NCBI GenBank assembly: GCA_963713045.1
Contig: CAVQKE010000001.1
Coordinates: 352,001-416,000, forward strand
Reading direction: 5' to 3'
Length of the DNA stretch: 64,000 nucleotides
From: an uncultured delta proteobacterium
Lineage (GTDB): Bacteria; Myxococcota; Myxococcia; Myxococcales; Myxococcaceae
Under the pieces are notes generated by a model. It had not been told where the DNA came from. It worked only from the letters and a program-made list of their open reading frames with translations, and ran no database searches. Below are positions 1-8,900 of the stretch, one piece after another. Numbering within the stretch: the stretch's first letter is position 1; each line of letters starts with the position of its first letter. Position numbers and translations under genes: made by a program.

Positions 1-131
1 GTGGCGGCAAGATGCGCAGCGATGAGGACCCGAAATGCGAGCCGCTTGTCGGCGAGCGCCGGCTGCACCTCTTCGAGCAGAAAGCGCGAGAGCGCTTCCA
101 GGACTGCGCGGGGGGAGGGACGCTCTTGCAT
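1..131 (-). CDS. DUF6285-like small protein (5' part; runs off window start)
   Basis: ATG at 131 reads MQERPSPRAVLEALSRFLLEEVQPALADKRLAFRVLIAAHLAA, 7 bp after the phosphotransferase stop; resembles the small partner of ACAD10-type phosphotransferases. Not in ORF track. Confidence 0.65.
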   Translation of the reverse strand, partial: MQERPSPRAVLEALSRFLLEEVQPALADKRLAFRVLIAAHLAA

Positions 132-138
132 GGCTTGC

Positions 139-1155
139 TTACCTTTCCTGCTCCAGCAGGCGCAGCGCCTCCCACTCCATTTCCGGAGCCCGGCGAGCGA
201 TGGCGACGTATTCCAAGTCAGACTCCTCGCCGGACAAGTAGCGCTCGCCTTGGTGCGCGCTGCCGGCCGCCCAGCGCACATTTCCCATCACTTCCCACCA
301 GTGCACCATCCGCAGGTCGAGCTGGGTTCCGCTGGCACGCGCATAGGCCTCGACGAAGGCCTCCCGGGTCGCTAGCCCCCCCGCCGGCAAGGCGTTTTGG
401 CCGAATCGCCAATCGCGCACACACAACCAGCCGATGTCCTCGGCCGGCGTTCCCCACCGCGCGAATTCCCAGTCCAGGACGGCCGCCAGGCCCTCGGTGG
501 TGACGAGGAAATTTCCTGTGCGGAAATCTCCATGCAGCAAGCACGTCGAGGCCTGCTCTGGAGCGTGCGCGACCAGCCAGCCAAAGGCGTACTCCAGTGC
601 CGGGTGCGGCTCCTGAAGTCCGTCCAGCATCCCCCGGACGAAGCGGAGGCCGCCCAGCACTGGGCCGTCAGCCACCTGCCGCAGAGGGAGGGCAGGAGCG
701 CTGCCGGGGCGAATGCTGTGCACCCGGGCCAGCGCCCACGCCAATTCCTCGGGAAGGCGCTCGCGGGCGCGAACCAGCTCGGGTGCCTTCACCACCCGGC
801 GGCCAATGGCCTCTCCGTCAACCCAATCCATGAAGTAGGCCCAGGCGCCGGGGCGGACCAGACCCTCAGTCAGGTGGTGGACGGCCGGGGTGGGAACATC
901 GGCGGCGCGCGCCGCCTCCACCACTGCAAACTCCTCGCGCCTGCCAAGGCTAGCCGGCAGCGGCAGGCGGGCGTCGCTGCGCAGAACCAGGCGCATCGGG
1001 CCGCGGGCGGTGGAGAGCTCCACTCGGTGCATGTCCTGGCAGGCGCCGCCGGCCAGAGGGGCCATCGCCAGCACCTGGACGTCCTTGCCCCGGGCGCCTT
1101 GCAGGAAAGCCTCGACGCGACTGGCGAGCGCCTTGTCGTGCAGCGGAGCGGCCAC
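139..1155 (-). CDS. APH/ACAD10-type phosphotransferase family protein
   Basis: HGDFRTGN, LDWE and EDIGW motifs; probable GTG start at 1155 rather than 1311. Confidence 0.85.
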   Translation of the reverse strand: MAAPLHDKALASRVEAFLQGARGKDVQVLAMAPLAGGACQDMHRVELSTARGPMRLVLRSDARLPLPASLGRREEFAVVEAARAADVPTPAVHHLTEGLVRPGAWAYFMDWVDGEAIGRRVVKAPELVRARERLPEELAWALARVHSIRPGSAPALPLRQVADGPVLGGLRFVRGMLDGLQEPHPALEYAFGWLVAHAPEQASTCLLHGDFRTGNFLVTTEGLAAVLDWEFARWGTPAEDIGWLCVRDWRFGQNALPAGGLATREAFVEAYARASGTQLDLRMVHWWEVMGNVRWAAGSAHQGERYLSGEESDLEYVAIARRAPEMEWEALRLLEQER

Positions 1156-1255
1156 GGCTTCGCTCTCTAGCCCGGCGGCGCGCGGGCTGCCACGCCCGAA
1201 GGGCGTTTGTCTCTCCCTGGCGGAGCTGCGGCCGAGGCGCCGCGCTTTTGTCGGC

Positions 1256-2530
1256 TTACAGAGCCACGCGGAAGCCCACGCGCGCGCCACCTTCGGGGCG
1301 ATTTTCCGCAAAGGCCTCGCCCCCGTGCGCCTCGGCGATGCGCCGCACCAGCGCCAATCCCAGCCCGAGTCCGGCTTGCTCCCCTTGCTTGGACGTCGTT
1401 CCCCGCCGAAAGGGTTGAAACAGCGCTGCCTGCTCGGCCACCGCGAAACCGGGGCCTTTGTCCTCGACGGAGAAGACGAGAGAGCTAGCCTCCTCCGTCA
1501 GGTGAAGGGCGGTCACACCCCCTCCGTGGCGGGTGGCGTTTTCTAGGAGGTTCGCCAGCGCGCGTCCGAGGAGGGTGGGGTCTCCCTGGAAGTTCCGCCT
1601 CACGGCCTCAACGCGGAGAAGTGTCGGCGGGAGCCCGGCGCGCTCCAGCGCGCGCGCCGCCACGTCCCGGCCGTCCAGCATCACCCGGCTAACGGCGGCA
1701 AAGTCCATCCTGGCGCTGGCCAGCAACTCCCCCACCAGTCGGTCCATCTCCAACACTTCGCCTTCCACTTCATCCAGCGTGCGAGAGAATTCGACTCCAC
1801 TCCGGCCGAGTTCGAGGAGCAGCCGCACCCGGGAAAGCGGCGTGCGCAACTCGTGGGAAACGCCGGCCAACAGCTCTCGCTGGTCCCGCAGCTGGCGCTC
1901 GATGCGGCCGGCCATCTCGTTCATCACGTTGGCTAGCTCGCGGATTTCACCCTTGCCGCGCACCTCGGCGCGGGTGGACAGACGCCCCTCGCCCAGCGCC
2001 CGCGCCACCCGGGTGAGCTCGGCCACCGGACGCGCAATGCCGCGGGCGACACGGCCCGCCGCTGCCCACAGCATGCCGAAGATGAGGAAGAGGACCAGAA
2101 GCAGTGGCCACCACTGACGGGGATGGCCGGTGTCGACGCGCACGTAGCCCACCAGCGCGCCATCCCGTTCCACCGGCGCCACAATGTCGCTACGGACGAA
2201 GCGAGGCCCATAGCTGGCCAGGCCTTCGTGGTTCGCATCCTCCAAGCGCACCGACCAGCGCAGCCCGTCGGCGAGGTGCGCTGCCCAAGCCGCCCGTTCC
2301 TCCGGGCTTTCCCACACCTGGGCAGCTTGCCAGGAGAGAAGCTCGACCGGGCCCTGGAGCCGGCTGCGTGTCCCCTCGAAGCGCCACAGGCCGGAAAACA
2401 CCAGTGTCACCACCAGGCCGGTCGCGAAAATGGACGCGCCAAACCAGAGGAAAAGCCGCCGCTGGAGGCGCATCCGGCCATGCCAGTGCCGGTGGTGGCC
2501 TTCCCAAGGAGAGTGGTGGTGCCGGCGCAC
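1256..2530 (-). CDS. Sensor histidine kinase (2 TM, HAMP, HisKA, HATPase)
   Basis: SHELRTPL H-box, NLLENA N-box, DKGPG and GLGLGL G-boxes; His-rich N-terminus. Confidence 0.93.
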   Translation of the reverse strand: MRRHHHSPWEGHHRHWHGRMRLQRRLFLWFGASIFATGLVVTLVFSGLWRFEGTRSRLQGPVELLSWQAAQVWESPEERAAWAAHLADGLRWSVRLEDANHEGLASYGPRFVRSDIVAPVERDGALVGYVRVDTGHPRQWWPLLLVLFLIFGMLWAAAGRVARGIARPVAELTRVARALGEGRLSTRAEVRGKGEIRELANVMNEMAGRIERQLRDQRELLAGVSHELRTPLSRVRLLLELGRSGVEFSRTLDEVEGEVLEMDRLVGELLASARMDFAAVSRVMLDGRDVAARALERAGLPPTLLRVEAVRRNFQGDPTLLGRALANLLENATRHGGGVTALHLTEEASSLVFSVEDKGPGFAVAEQAALFQPFRRGTTSKQGEQAGLGLGLALVRRIAEAHGGEAFAENRPEGGARVGFRVAL

Positions 2531-2539
2531 GGAGAGGTT

Positions 2540-3223
2540 TCAGGCTTCCCGCGCGAGCACGTAGCCGACGCCGCGGACTGTCTTGATGCGGCGAGGGGAA
2601 CGCGGGTCATCGCCCAGCTTCGCGCGCAGGTGCGAGATGTGGACGTCCACGGTGCGCTCGCCCACCACCACGTCGGAACGGCCGGCCTCGGCCAGCAGGG
2701 CATCCCGGGGAACCACCCGCCCCGGACGGCGCATGAGGGCAATGAGAATGTCGAACTCGATGCCCGTTAGCTCAACCGCCTGCCCGGCCACCTGGACCTC
2801 CCGGGTGCCGACGTCGGCGCTGACGTCCCCCACTGCCAAGCGCTCAGCGATGGCTTCTGGCTTGCTTCGCCTCAGCACGGCGCGGAGCCGAGCCAGCAAC
2901 TCGCGCGGACTGAAGGGCTTCGGGACGTAGTCATCGGCGCCGATTTCTAGACCCACCACACGGTCCGTCTCATCGCCCCGAGCGGTGAGCATCAGCACCG
3001 GCACGCTGCTCTTGCTGCGGATGCGTCGGACGACTTCCAGGCCGTCCATGCCGGGCATCATCACGTCCAGGAGAACGGCATCAAACGTACCGGACTGGAG
3101 CAGCTGTAGCCCCACGGCCCCATCCCCAGCGGCCACCACCGAAACGCCATTTTGCTCCAGGAACGTCTTGAGCAGTTCCTGGAGCCGGCGGTCATCGTCA
3201 ATCAGCAGCACCCGGACGGACAT
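2540..3223 (-). CDS. OmpR/CpxR-family response regulator
   Basis: LLIDDD, LLDVMMPGMDG, GADDYVPKPF, C-terminal TVRGVGY; start trimmed to ATG 3223. Confidence 0.93.
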   Translation of the reverse strand: MSVRVLLIDDDRRLQELLKTFLEQNGVSVVAAGDGAVGLQLLQSGTFDAVLLDVMMPGMDGLEVVRRIRSKSSVPVLMLTARGDETDRVVGLEIGADDYVPKPFSPRELLARLRAVLRRSKPEAIAERLAVGDVSADVGTREVQVAGQAVELTGIEFDILIALMRRPGRVVPRDALLAEAGRSDVVVGERTVDVHISHLRAKLGDDPRSPRRIKTVRGVGYVLAREA

Positions 3224-3236
3224 GGGGTGCCCGAAC

Positions 3237-3452
3237 TTACCAGTCCGGAGCGCCGTCTGGGCTGGGCCAGGGGCTACGGCCCGGAGCCGGGGGCACCTGT
3301 CCGCTCCGCGCTGCGTCCACGCAAATTTCAGCGACGTGGCGCTCGAACGCCGCCCGCCGCGCCCAATGGCGCCAGCGGAGCTGATGGACGCCGGAGGCAA
3401 AGCCAAAAATGGCACCGACGGCGAGAAGGAAAGCAAGCATTCTGGTTCGCAT
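3237..3452 (-). CDS. Small membrane-anchored hypothetical protein
   Basis: MRTRMLAFLLAVGAIFGFASG hydrophobic N-terminus; fills the gap between the CpxP-like gene and the regulator on the same strand. Confidence 0.6.
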   Translation of the reverse strand: MRTRMLAFLLAVGAIFGFASGVHQLRWRHWARRAAFERHVAEICVDAARSGQVPPAPGRSPWPSPDGAPDW

Positions 3453-3463
3453 CGGCGTCCTCT

Positions 3464-3991
3464 CTAGACATTCCAACGGCCGCGGCCGGGGGTGCGCTCG
3501 AGGAAGTCAGCGAGCGCGGCACGCTGGCGCCCGTCGAGGACGTCGTGGACACGCGCGCCTTGAGTCACCAGCACGTCGCGGACCACCTTGATGCGCTCAT
3601 CGTGTCGCCCGAAGGCGGCTCTCAGCGCGTCGACGTCGAATGGCTCGGCCCGAAAGGCGCGAGCGAGGTCTCCCCGCGACTGCTCCCACTCGCCGCGGAG
3701 GCTCTCCAACGCACCCGCCACCGCGTCGGCCGCGTCGGCCAACACGGTTTCCTGCGCAGGTGAAGTCCCAAGCCGTTCATAAACCCAACGGAGCATCCGC
3801 CGCGCGCGGCTCGGACCGCCGAATCCCGGCCCGCCACCTCGGCCACCCCACGACTCCTCGTCTCGCCAACCTCGCCGGCCTTCGCCGTAAAAGCCCCGGC
3901 GCCAATGGCCATGGTGGCCGAAGGCATAGGAGCGCCGGAGAACGAAAACCATTCCGGCAACGCACATTGCACCAAAGAAAAAGCCAAACAT
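3464..3991 (-). CDS. Spy/CpxP-like (heavy-metal sensor-like) helical protein
   Basis: N-terminal TM, Gly/Arg-rich linker, LGTSPAQ and VHDVLDGRQR (LTxxQ-like motifs); AGGAG RBS before ATG 3991. Confidence 0.7.
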   Translation of the reverse strand: MFGFFFGAMCVAGMVFVLRRSYAFGHHGHWRRGFYGEGRRGWRDEESWGGRGGGPGFGGPSRARRMLRWVYERLGTSPAQETVLADAADAVAGALESLRGEWEQSRGDLARAFRAEPFDVDALRAAFGRHDERIKVVRDVLVTQGARVHDVLDGRQRAALADFLERTPGRGRWNV

Positions 3992-4096
3992 CTGCACCAC
4001 TCCTTGCAAGGCCGGCTGACCGGTCCATCCGGTCCAAGTGCCGTCCTTCGTCACAAGGAGCTAAAGGCCCACTGTGAAGGCTGGGCACCCCCGGCG

Positions 4097-4111
4097 GTGA
4101 AGAAATGCAAA
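4097..4111. promoter_or_regulatory. CpxR-like direct repeat GTGAA-N5-GCAAA upstream of the Cpx-like operon
   Basis: Close to the CpxR box GTAAA-N5-GTAAA; extra GTGAA half-site at 4074-4078. Confidence 0.45.
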
Positions 4112-4113
4112 GC

Positions 4114-5262
4114 TCATTGGGGCAGCTCGAGGCCCCGCCACAGGTACCAGCTGGCAACGCTGCGAAAGGGTCTCCACCGCCATCCGCGCCGCTGCAGCTC
4201 ACGCGTTGAAGGCAAGCGTCCTTTGCCAAAGGCGCGGGCATATCCCTTGCGAATGCCGAGGTCCCCCAACGGGAGGACGTCCGGCCGGCCAAGCCGAAAG
4301 AGGAGAAGCATCTCCACCGTCCACCGGCCAATTCCGTGGATTTCCGTCAGCGTTGAGACGATGCGCTCGTCCGGCCATTTGCGCAGCACCGCCCAAGAGG
4401 GCACCCCCCCCGCCAGAGTGCGGGCCGCTAAGTCGCGAAAGGCGCGTGCCTTTCCGGCCGACAGACCGGCAGCCCGCAGTTTCGCGTCGGACGCCTGTCG
4501 GATGCGTCCCGGTGGCGGGACTCCCGGCGTTCCGAATTCCGACGCGAGCCGCGCCAGAATCGCCTCGGCCGCCCGCCCGGAGATTTGCTGCCCGATGATG
4601 GAGCGCGCCAGCGCCTGGTAAGGCGACAAACCGCGCCGCTGCGTCAGCCGGTAGGGGCCCACCCTACCCATCAGCTCGCCGAGTACCGGGTCTTGCTGTC
4701 GAAGGTGCGCGAGGGCCTCCTCCACCCGCGCTGGAGCCGGCGTCCCCTCCGCGACGTGGAGTGCTGGGTGCGCCATGGACTCAAGGCCCAAGAGACGCTC
4801 GTGGAGGACCTCTCCGCCGCCCCAGGCACCGAGCAGCCCCGCCGGTCCAAGCAGACGGTGGCTGGGAAGCAGGACCGGCAGCGGGTTTCGGGCCAACAGG
4901 CGGCGGATTTTGGGCCAGCCGCCGGCGTGCGGAACAAGGGCAGCCAACGCCTCTGTCTCGACGGTGGCCCCCGGCGCCGTCGCACGGAGCGCTTCGGCCA
5001 GGCCGCTGAGGGAGGCAGACGCCCCGGCGAGGTCGAGCGGCACGCGACTCAGGTCCCGCGGCCGCCCGGAGAGGTGCGCGGCAAGAAGACTCACGGCCTC
5101 CCGGACAAAGGGGGGAGCTCGCCTGCTCTCGACGACGCCCCTGCTGGCCAGTAGGTCCCGACGCGCCTTGGCCGTCTGTCCAAAGGCGAGCCGCCGGATG
5201 CCGGCCTCACTCCACTCCACGACGCACAACCCGAGCGGCGTGTCCTCAAGGAGGAAGGCCAT
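4114..5262 (-). CDS. Fusion of degenerate O6-alkylguanine transferase (Ogt-like) domain and AlkA-family DNA-3-methyladenine glycosylase
   Basis: N-half NPLPVLLPSHR (PCHR-like); C-half LARSIIGQQIS, HhH GIGRWT, PDVLPLGD, WRPFRS. Start ATG 5262. Confidence 0.85.
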   Translation of the reverse strand: MAFLLEDTPLGLCVVEWSEAGIRRLAFGQTAKARRDLLASRGVVESRRAPPFVREAVSLLAAHLSGRPRDLSRVPLDLAGASASLSGLAEALRATAPGATVETEALAALVPHAGGWPKIRRLLARNPLPVLLPSHRLLGPAGLLGAWGGGEVLHERLLGLESMAHPALHVAEGTPAPARVEEALAHLRQQDPVLGELMGRVGPYRLTQRRGLSPYQALARSIIGQQISGRAAEAILARLASEFGTPGVPPPGRIRQASDAKLRAAGLSAGKARAFRDLAARTLAGGVPSWAVLRKWPDERIVSTLTEIHGIGRWTVEMLLLFRLGRPDVLPLGDLGIRKGYARAFGKGRLPSTRELQRRGWRWRPFRSVASWYLWRGLELPQ

Positions 5263-5264
5263 GC

Positions 5265-6353
5265 TTAGGGTGGGGACACGAGGCGCTCGGCGTCGTGCAT
5301 CAGGCCTTCGGCGCGTCCCACCACCCGCATCCACCCGACGGAATGCTCGCTGCGGGCAAACCAGGCATTCTGAGCGCGGGCCAGCTCGACGAAGCCAAGG
5401 GACTGGGCCCCCCGGAGAAAGTCCACTCGAAGTTCAACGTGCGGCTCCCCCTCCAGCGGAACCTCTCCGCGGCCCAGCACATCCGTCGGGACCGTCTTGT
5501 TGAGCCGGTCCAGCCACCCTTGGGCATAGACGTCTGGCGTGTCGGTGTGCGCGTCGGCGTACACCTTGGTCGTCGTTCCCACGCGCTTCTGGACGAGCGT
5601 CCGGGATTGCGTTCCAAGGTGCACCGTCACCCGGTCTGCGTCTTCGGGACGGAAAGCGTGCACCCGCCGGTCGACCAGCCGGCTGGAGCCGGCGGAGAGG
5701 TCCTGGACCAGCGTCCCGCCGAGGACGAAGACGCGCCCGTCCGACGTCCGTAGGTAAGAAGCACCGGTCCCGACCGGCGTGGACACCTCGAAACTCAAGT
5801 GCTTGGCCTCGGTCCAGACTTCCAATCGGCGCAGCCCGCTCTGTAGCCCCAGCTCTCGGACCTTGGCGGCGTCTGGGACGCCCAGCGACCGGGTCGCGGT
5901 GAACGGCGAAAACTGGCCGAGAAGCTTTTCGGCGGCTTCGTTGCCCCGGAGCTCCCGGTCCGGTGCTGGAGGCGCAAGCTCGACGGCGGCGGGGCCGCCG
6001 TCAGCCCGGGCGCCGGCGTCGGCGCGTGTCCCCCCATCCAATGCGTGAGCGGGTGGCGCGCCCGCGTCCAGCGCAGGACGTACGCCTCCGTCCGCGCCCG
6101 CGTCCGGGGCGAGAAGCGAGGGGCTACGGGCGACGTGCACCCAGACCCCAGGCTCCCCCCGGTGCACGCGCTGGACCTCCACCAGGTGCGTCCCGTCGTC
6201 CCAGACGACGCGCTCGACGGAGCCAGCTGGCACATCAGCAATCACGACTCCACCGGGCGTCGTGGACTCGGGTCCGTGGAGCCAGACGGCCGCGGCGAGC
6301 GCCAGCGTTCCGGCCGCGATGGCCCCGTGCACCGCTGCGCTTCGGGCCTTCAA
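5265..6353 (-). CDS. DUF4340-like membrane-anchored protein of Gld-type ABC system
   Basis: TTG start overlapping upstream TGA; N-terminal TM; last gene of the GldA/F/G-like cluster. Confidence 0.7.
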   Translation of the reverse strand: MKARSAAVHGAIAAGTLALAAAVWLHGPESTTPGGVVIADVPAGSVERVVWDDGTHLVEVQRVHRGEPGVWVHVARSPSLLAPDAGADGGVRPALDAGAPPAHALDGGTRADAGARADGGPAAVELAPPAPDRELRGNEAAEKLLGQFSPFTATRSLGVPDAAKVRELGLQSGLRRLEVWTEAKHLSFEVSTPVGTGASYLRTSDGRVFVLGGTLVQDLSAGSSRLVDRRVHAFRPEDADRVTVHLGTQSRTLVQKRVGTTTKVYADAHTDTPDVYAQGWLDRLNKTVPTDVLGRGEVPLEGEPHVELRVDFLRGAQSLGFVELARAQNAWFARSEHSVGWMRVVGRAEGLMHDAERLVSPP

Positions 6354-8175
6354 CGCGTCGCCCTCCGCCGCCGCGTCACCAGGACCCCCACCGCCAGCGC
6401 CAGCGCTGGGGCGAGGAACAGGGTGGCGTAAAACCACAGCACGTCCTGACCGCGGGTGTGCTGCATCGGGACGTCGACCTCGCTGCTAGGCGCCCCAATG
6501 GCGTCCTCGCCAAGCAACCAGCGGACCGAGTCCAGGGCGAAGGTCCGGTTGCCAATATTGCCCTCCATCGCCACGTCGGTGAGCACATCCGAGTCGGCGA
6601 CCACCACCGCTCGGCCGTCCGCTCCGTCCTTACGCTGAAGCGTGACTGCGGCGGCGAGCTCCCATGGCCGCCTCTTTCCGACCCGCGGCTCGAAGGTGAA
6701 ATTGCCCTGAAGGTCCCGGAAGGTGTCCGGCAGCGCCATCACCGTAAAATCAACCACCGTCCCTGCCGGCTTCTGTTTGAGCACTTCGAGCGAGCCAGCG
6801 GTGATGAAAAGCATCGGCGCCGAGACGCTCAACTTGGCGAGCGTGGCCACTGACGGGTGGAAAGAATAGGTGGCGGTCACCAGCAGCGCCCGGTCGCTCG
6901 GTTGGTGCGAGCGCGGAACGTAGACGCGGTCATTCGCCAAAATGGTCGGGACGAAGCGGACCCCCAGCGGCTGCAGCAACGCATCGAAAGACTCGCCGAC
7001 CTCCGGGTCCAACGCGATGAGCAGCCGCCCCCCCCGCGAATGTAGCGGTTGAGCGCCTGGATTTCCTCGGTGAGAAACGCCGAAGTGGGCCCGAGGATGA
7101 GGACTGCCCCGGCATCCTTCGGCACCTCGCTGGCCAATCCCTCGGCGAGACCGAGCGGGCGGAGCTCGTCATTTTGGGCCTTCAACAGCTCGCGCAGCAC
7201 GCGGACGGTGCCTCGCGCGTCCAGTGAGTCGACGTTTTGCTCCAGCCGCTCCCCGTGCCCGCTGGTGAGGTAGAGAATTTGTCGGGCGCGGGCGACCGCG
7301 GCGAGACGCTTGGAAACTTCGGCGTCCAGCGCACGGAGCTCGCCCCGGGCCAGCTCCATTTCCAGCCCTGCAACGTAAACCTCCTTTCGGGCACCTCGAC
7401 TGACCACCACCGAGCCATTGGCGGTCACACCCAGTTCCCGAGCGCGCGCCAAGTCGATGGCCTGGTCGAGAAAGCGGACTTCGAGGCGCGGGTTTTCGCG
7501 CGCTAAGTCCTTCGCGTACTCCCCGACTGCCGCCCCGACGTCGTTTCCGGGGGGAAAGAAAAGCGTCAGCGCCACCGGCTCCGTCAATCCCCGGACGATG
7601 GCGCGCGTTGCCTCGCTTGGTCGCGCGGTCCGGAAATAGGAGAGGTCCACCTTCGCGTCGCGGGCGTCGGCCACCCAGCCCAGCGCCAGGGCAGAAACCA
7701 GCACCGACGCCAAGCCCACCCCTGAGAGCACTGCGTCCTGCACCCGATGCTCCTCCACCGTCGGGGCTCGCGCCATGGAGGCGAACGCCAGCTCGCCCAG
7801 CGCCAAGGGAAGCAGGGAGAACACGGAAAGCAGCGCACAGAGGATGCGAAAGGCCACTGCCAGTCGCGGCGCGGACTGCGAGAGGTCGGGGCCGCCGAGA
7901 CGGGGCAAGAGGTCCGACTGAAGGAAATAGGCCAGCAGGGCCAACAGGCCGACCGCCTGCAGGGCAGCAAATGTCCGTTCCACGGACGCCCGGCGGTCGT
8001 CCTCCTCGGAGCTGGAGCGCCCCAAACGCAGGGCAAAGGTACCGAGCGCCAACAGGACCCCCAGCGCGGTGCACACAACTCGCGCCTCGCCTGCCCCCAC
8101 CAGCCGCTCGCCGATGAAGACGGCGGTCATGCCCGCGGCGAAGGCCACCGAAAGCCAAGCGCTCCGTGGACTCAT
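6350..8175 (-). pseudogene. GldG-like ABC auxiliary protein, frameshifted at G8 run (7028-7035); probably an intact gene with a sequence error
   Basis: YLTSGHGE and LILGPT in ORF 6877-8226; RAVVVADSD and C-terminal TM in ORF 6350-7012. One extra G gives the expected YIRGGGRLLIALDP. Confidence 0.8.
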
Positions 8176-8900
8176 CGCCACCGTCGGGCCTCCACCACCC
8201 GGGTGGCCGCGAAGAGCAGCACCCACGTCACGAGCAAGTAGTAGGCGACGTCGCGAAGGTGCACCACCCCGGACTGAAAGGGGACGAAGTGGAGGTTGTG
8301 CAGCGCCAGCGCGGCAAATAGCCCTGCAAAGGGCGGTTCAGCCACTCGGGAAACCTGCCACGTCACGAGGAGCGCCACCAGCAGCGCCCCTCCGAGGATG
8401 CCGGCTACAATTTGGCTGCGGGCCAGGGCGGAGGCGAATGTGCCCAGCGCCACACAGGCCGAGGCCAACAGGAACAGGCCCAGGTAGCCGGCGAGCAGGT
8501 GGCCAAAGGACACTTTGCCATGGATGAGGATGAGCAGCGGCATGTAGGCGGTGAGCAACGTCAGGCCCCACAGGAACGTCAGGCCGGCGATGAACTTGCC
8601 GACGACAATCTCCACGTCGCGAACCGGTGAGGCGTACAACAATGGCAGCGTTCCAGCCTGGCGCTCCTCGGCGAGCAGCCGCATCGAGACGAAGATGGCT
8701 GCCACCATGGTGGTTCCGCTGGAGAAGTAGAAGAAGCGGGTGAGCACCTCAGCGGAACGGCGGACCCCTTCCAAAGCAAAGGCATTGAAAAGGAGCCCGT
8801 CCACCGCAAGCACCGCGGCGAGGATGACCCAGCCGGCCATCGTGCCCACCATCGCCAACAGCTCGCGGCGCGCGATGAGGACCACCTTGGTCGGGCTCAA
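8172..8900 (-). CDS. ABC-2 permease, GldF-like
   Basis: SMRLLAEERQAGTLPLL, VVGKF, six TM segments. Confidence 0.88.
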   Translation of the reverse strand: MSPTKVVLIARRELLAMVGTMAGWVILAAVLAVDGLLFNAFALEGVRRSAEVLTRFFYFSSGTTMVAAIFVSMRLLAEERQAGTLPLLYASPVRDVEIVVGKFIAGLTFLWGLTLLTAYMPLLILIHGKVSFGHLLAGYLGLFLLASACVALGTFASALARSQIVAGILGGALLVALLVTWQVSRVAEPPFAGLFAALALHNLHFVPFQSGVVHLRDVAYYLLVTWVLLFAATRVVEARRWR

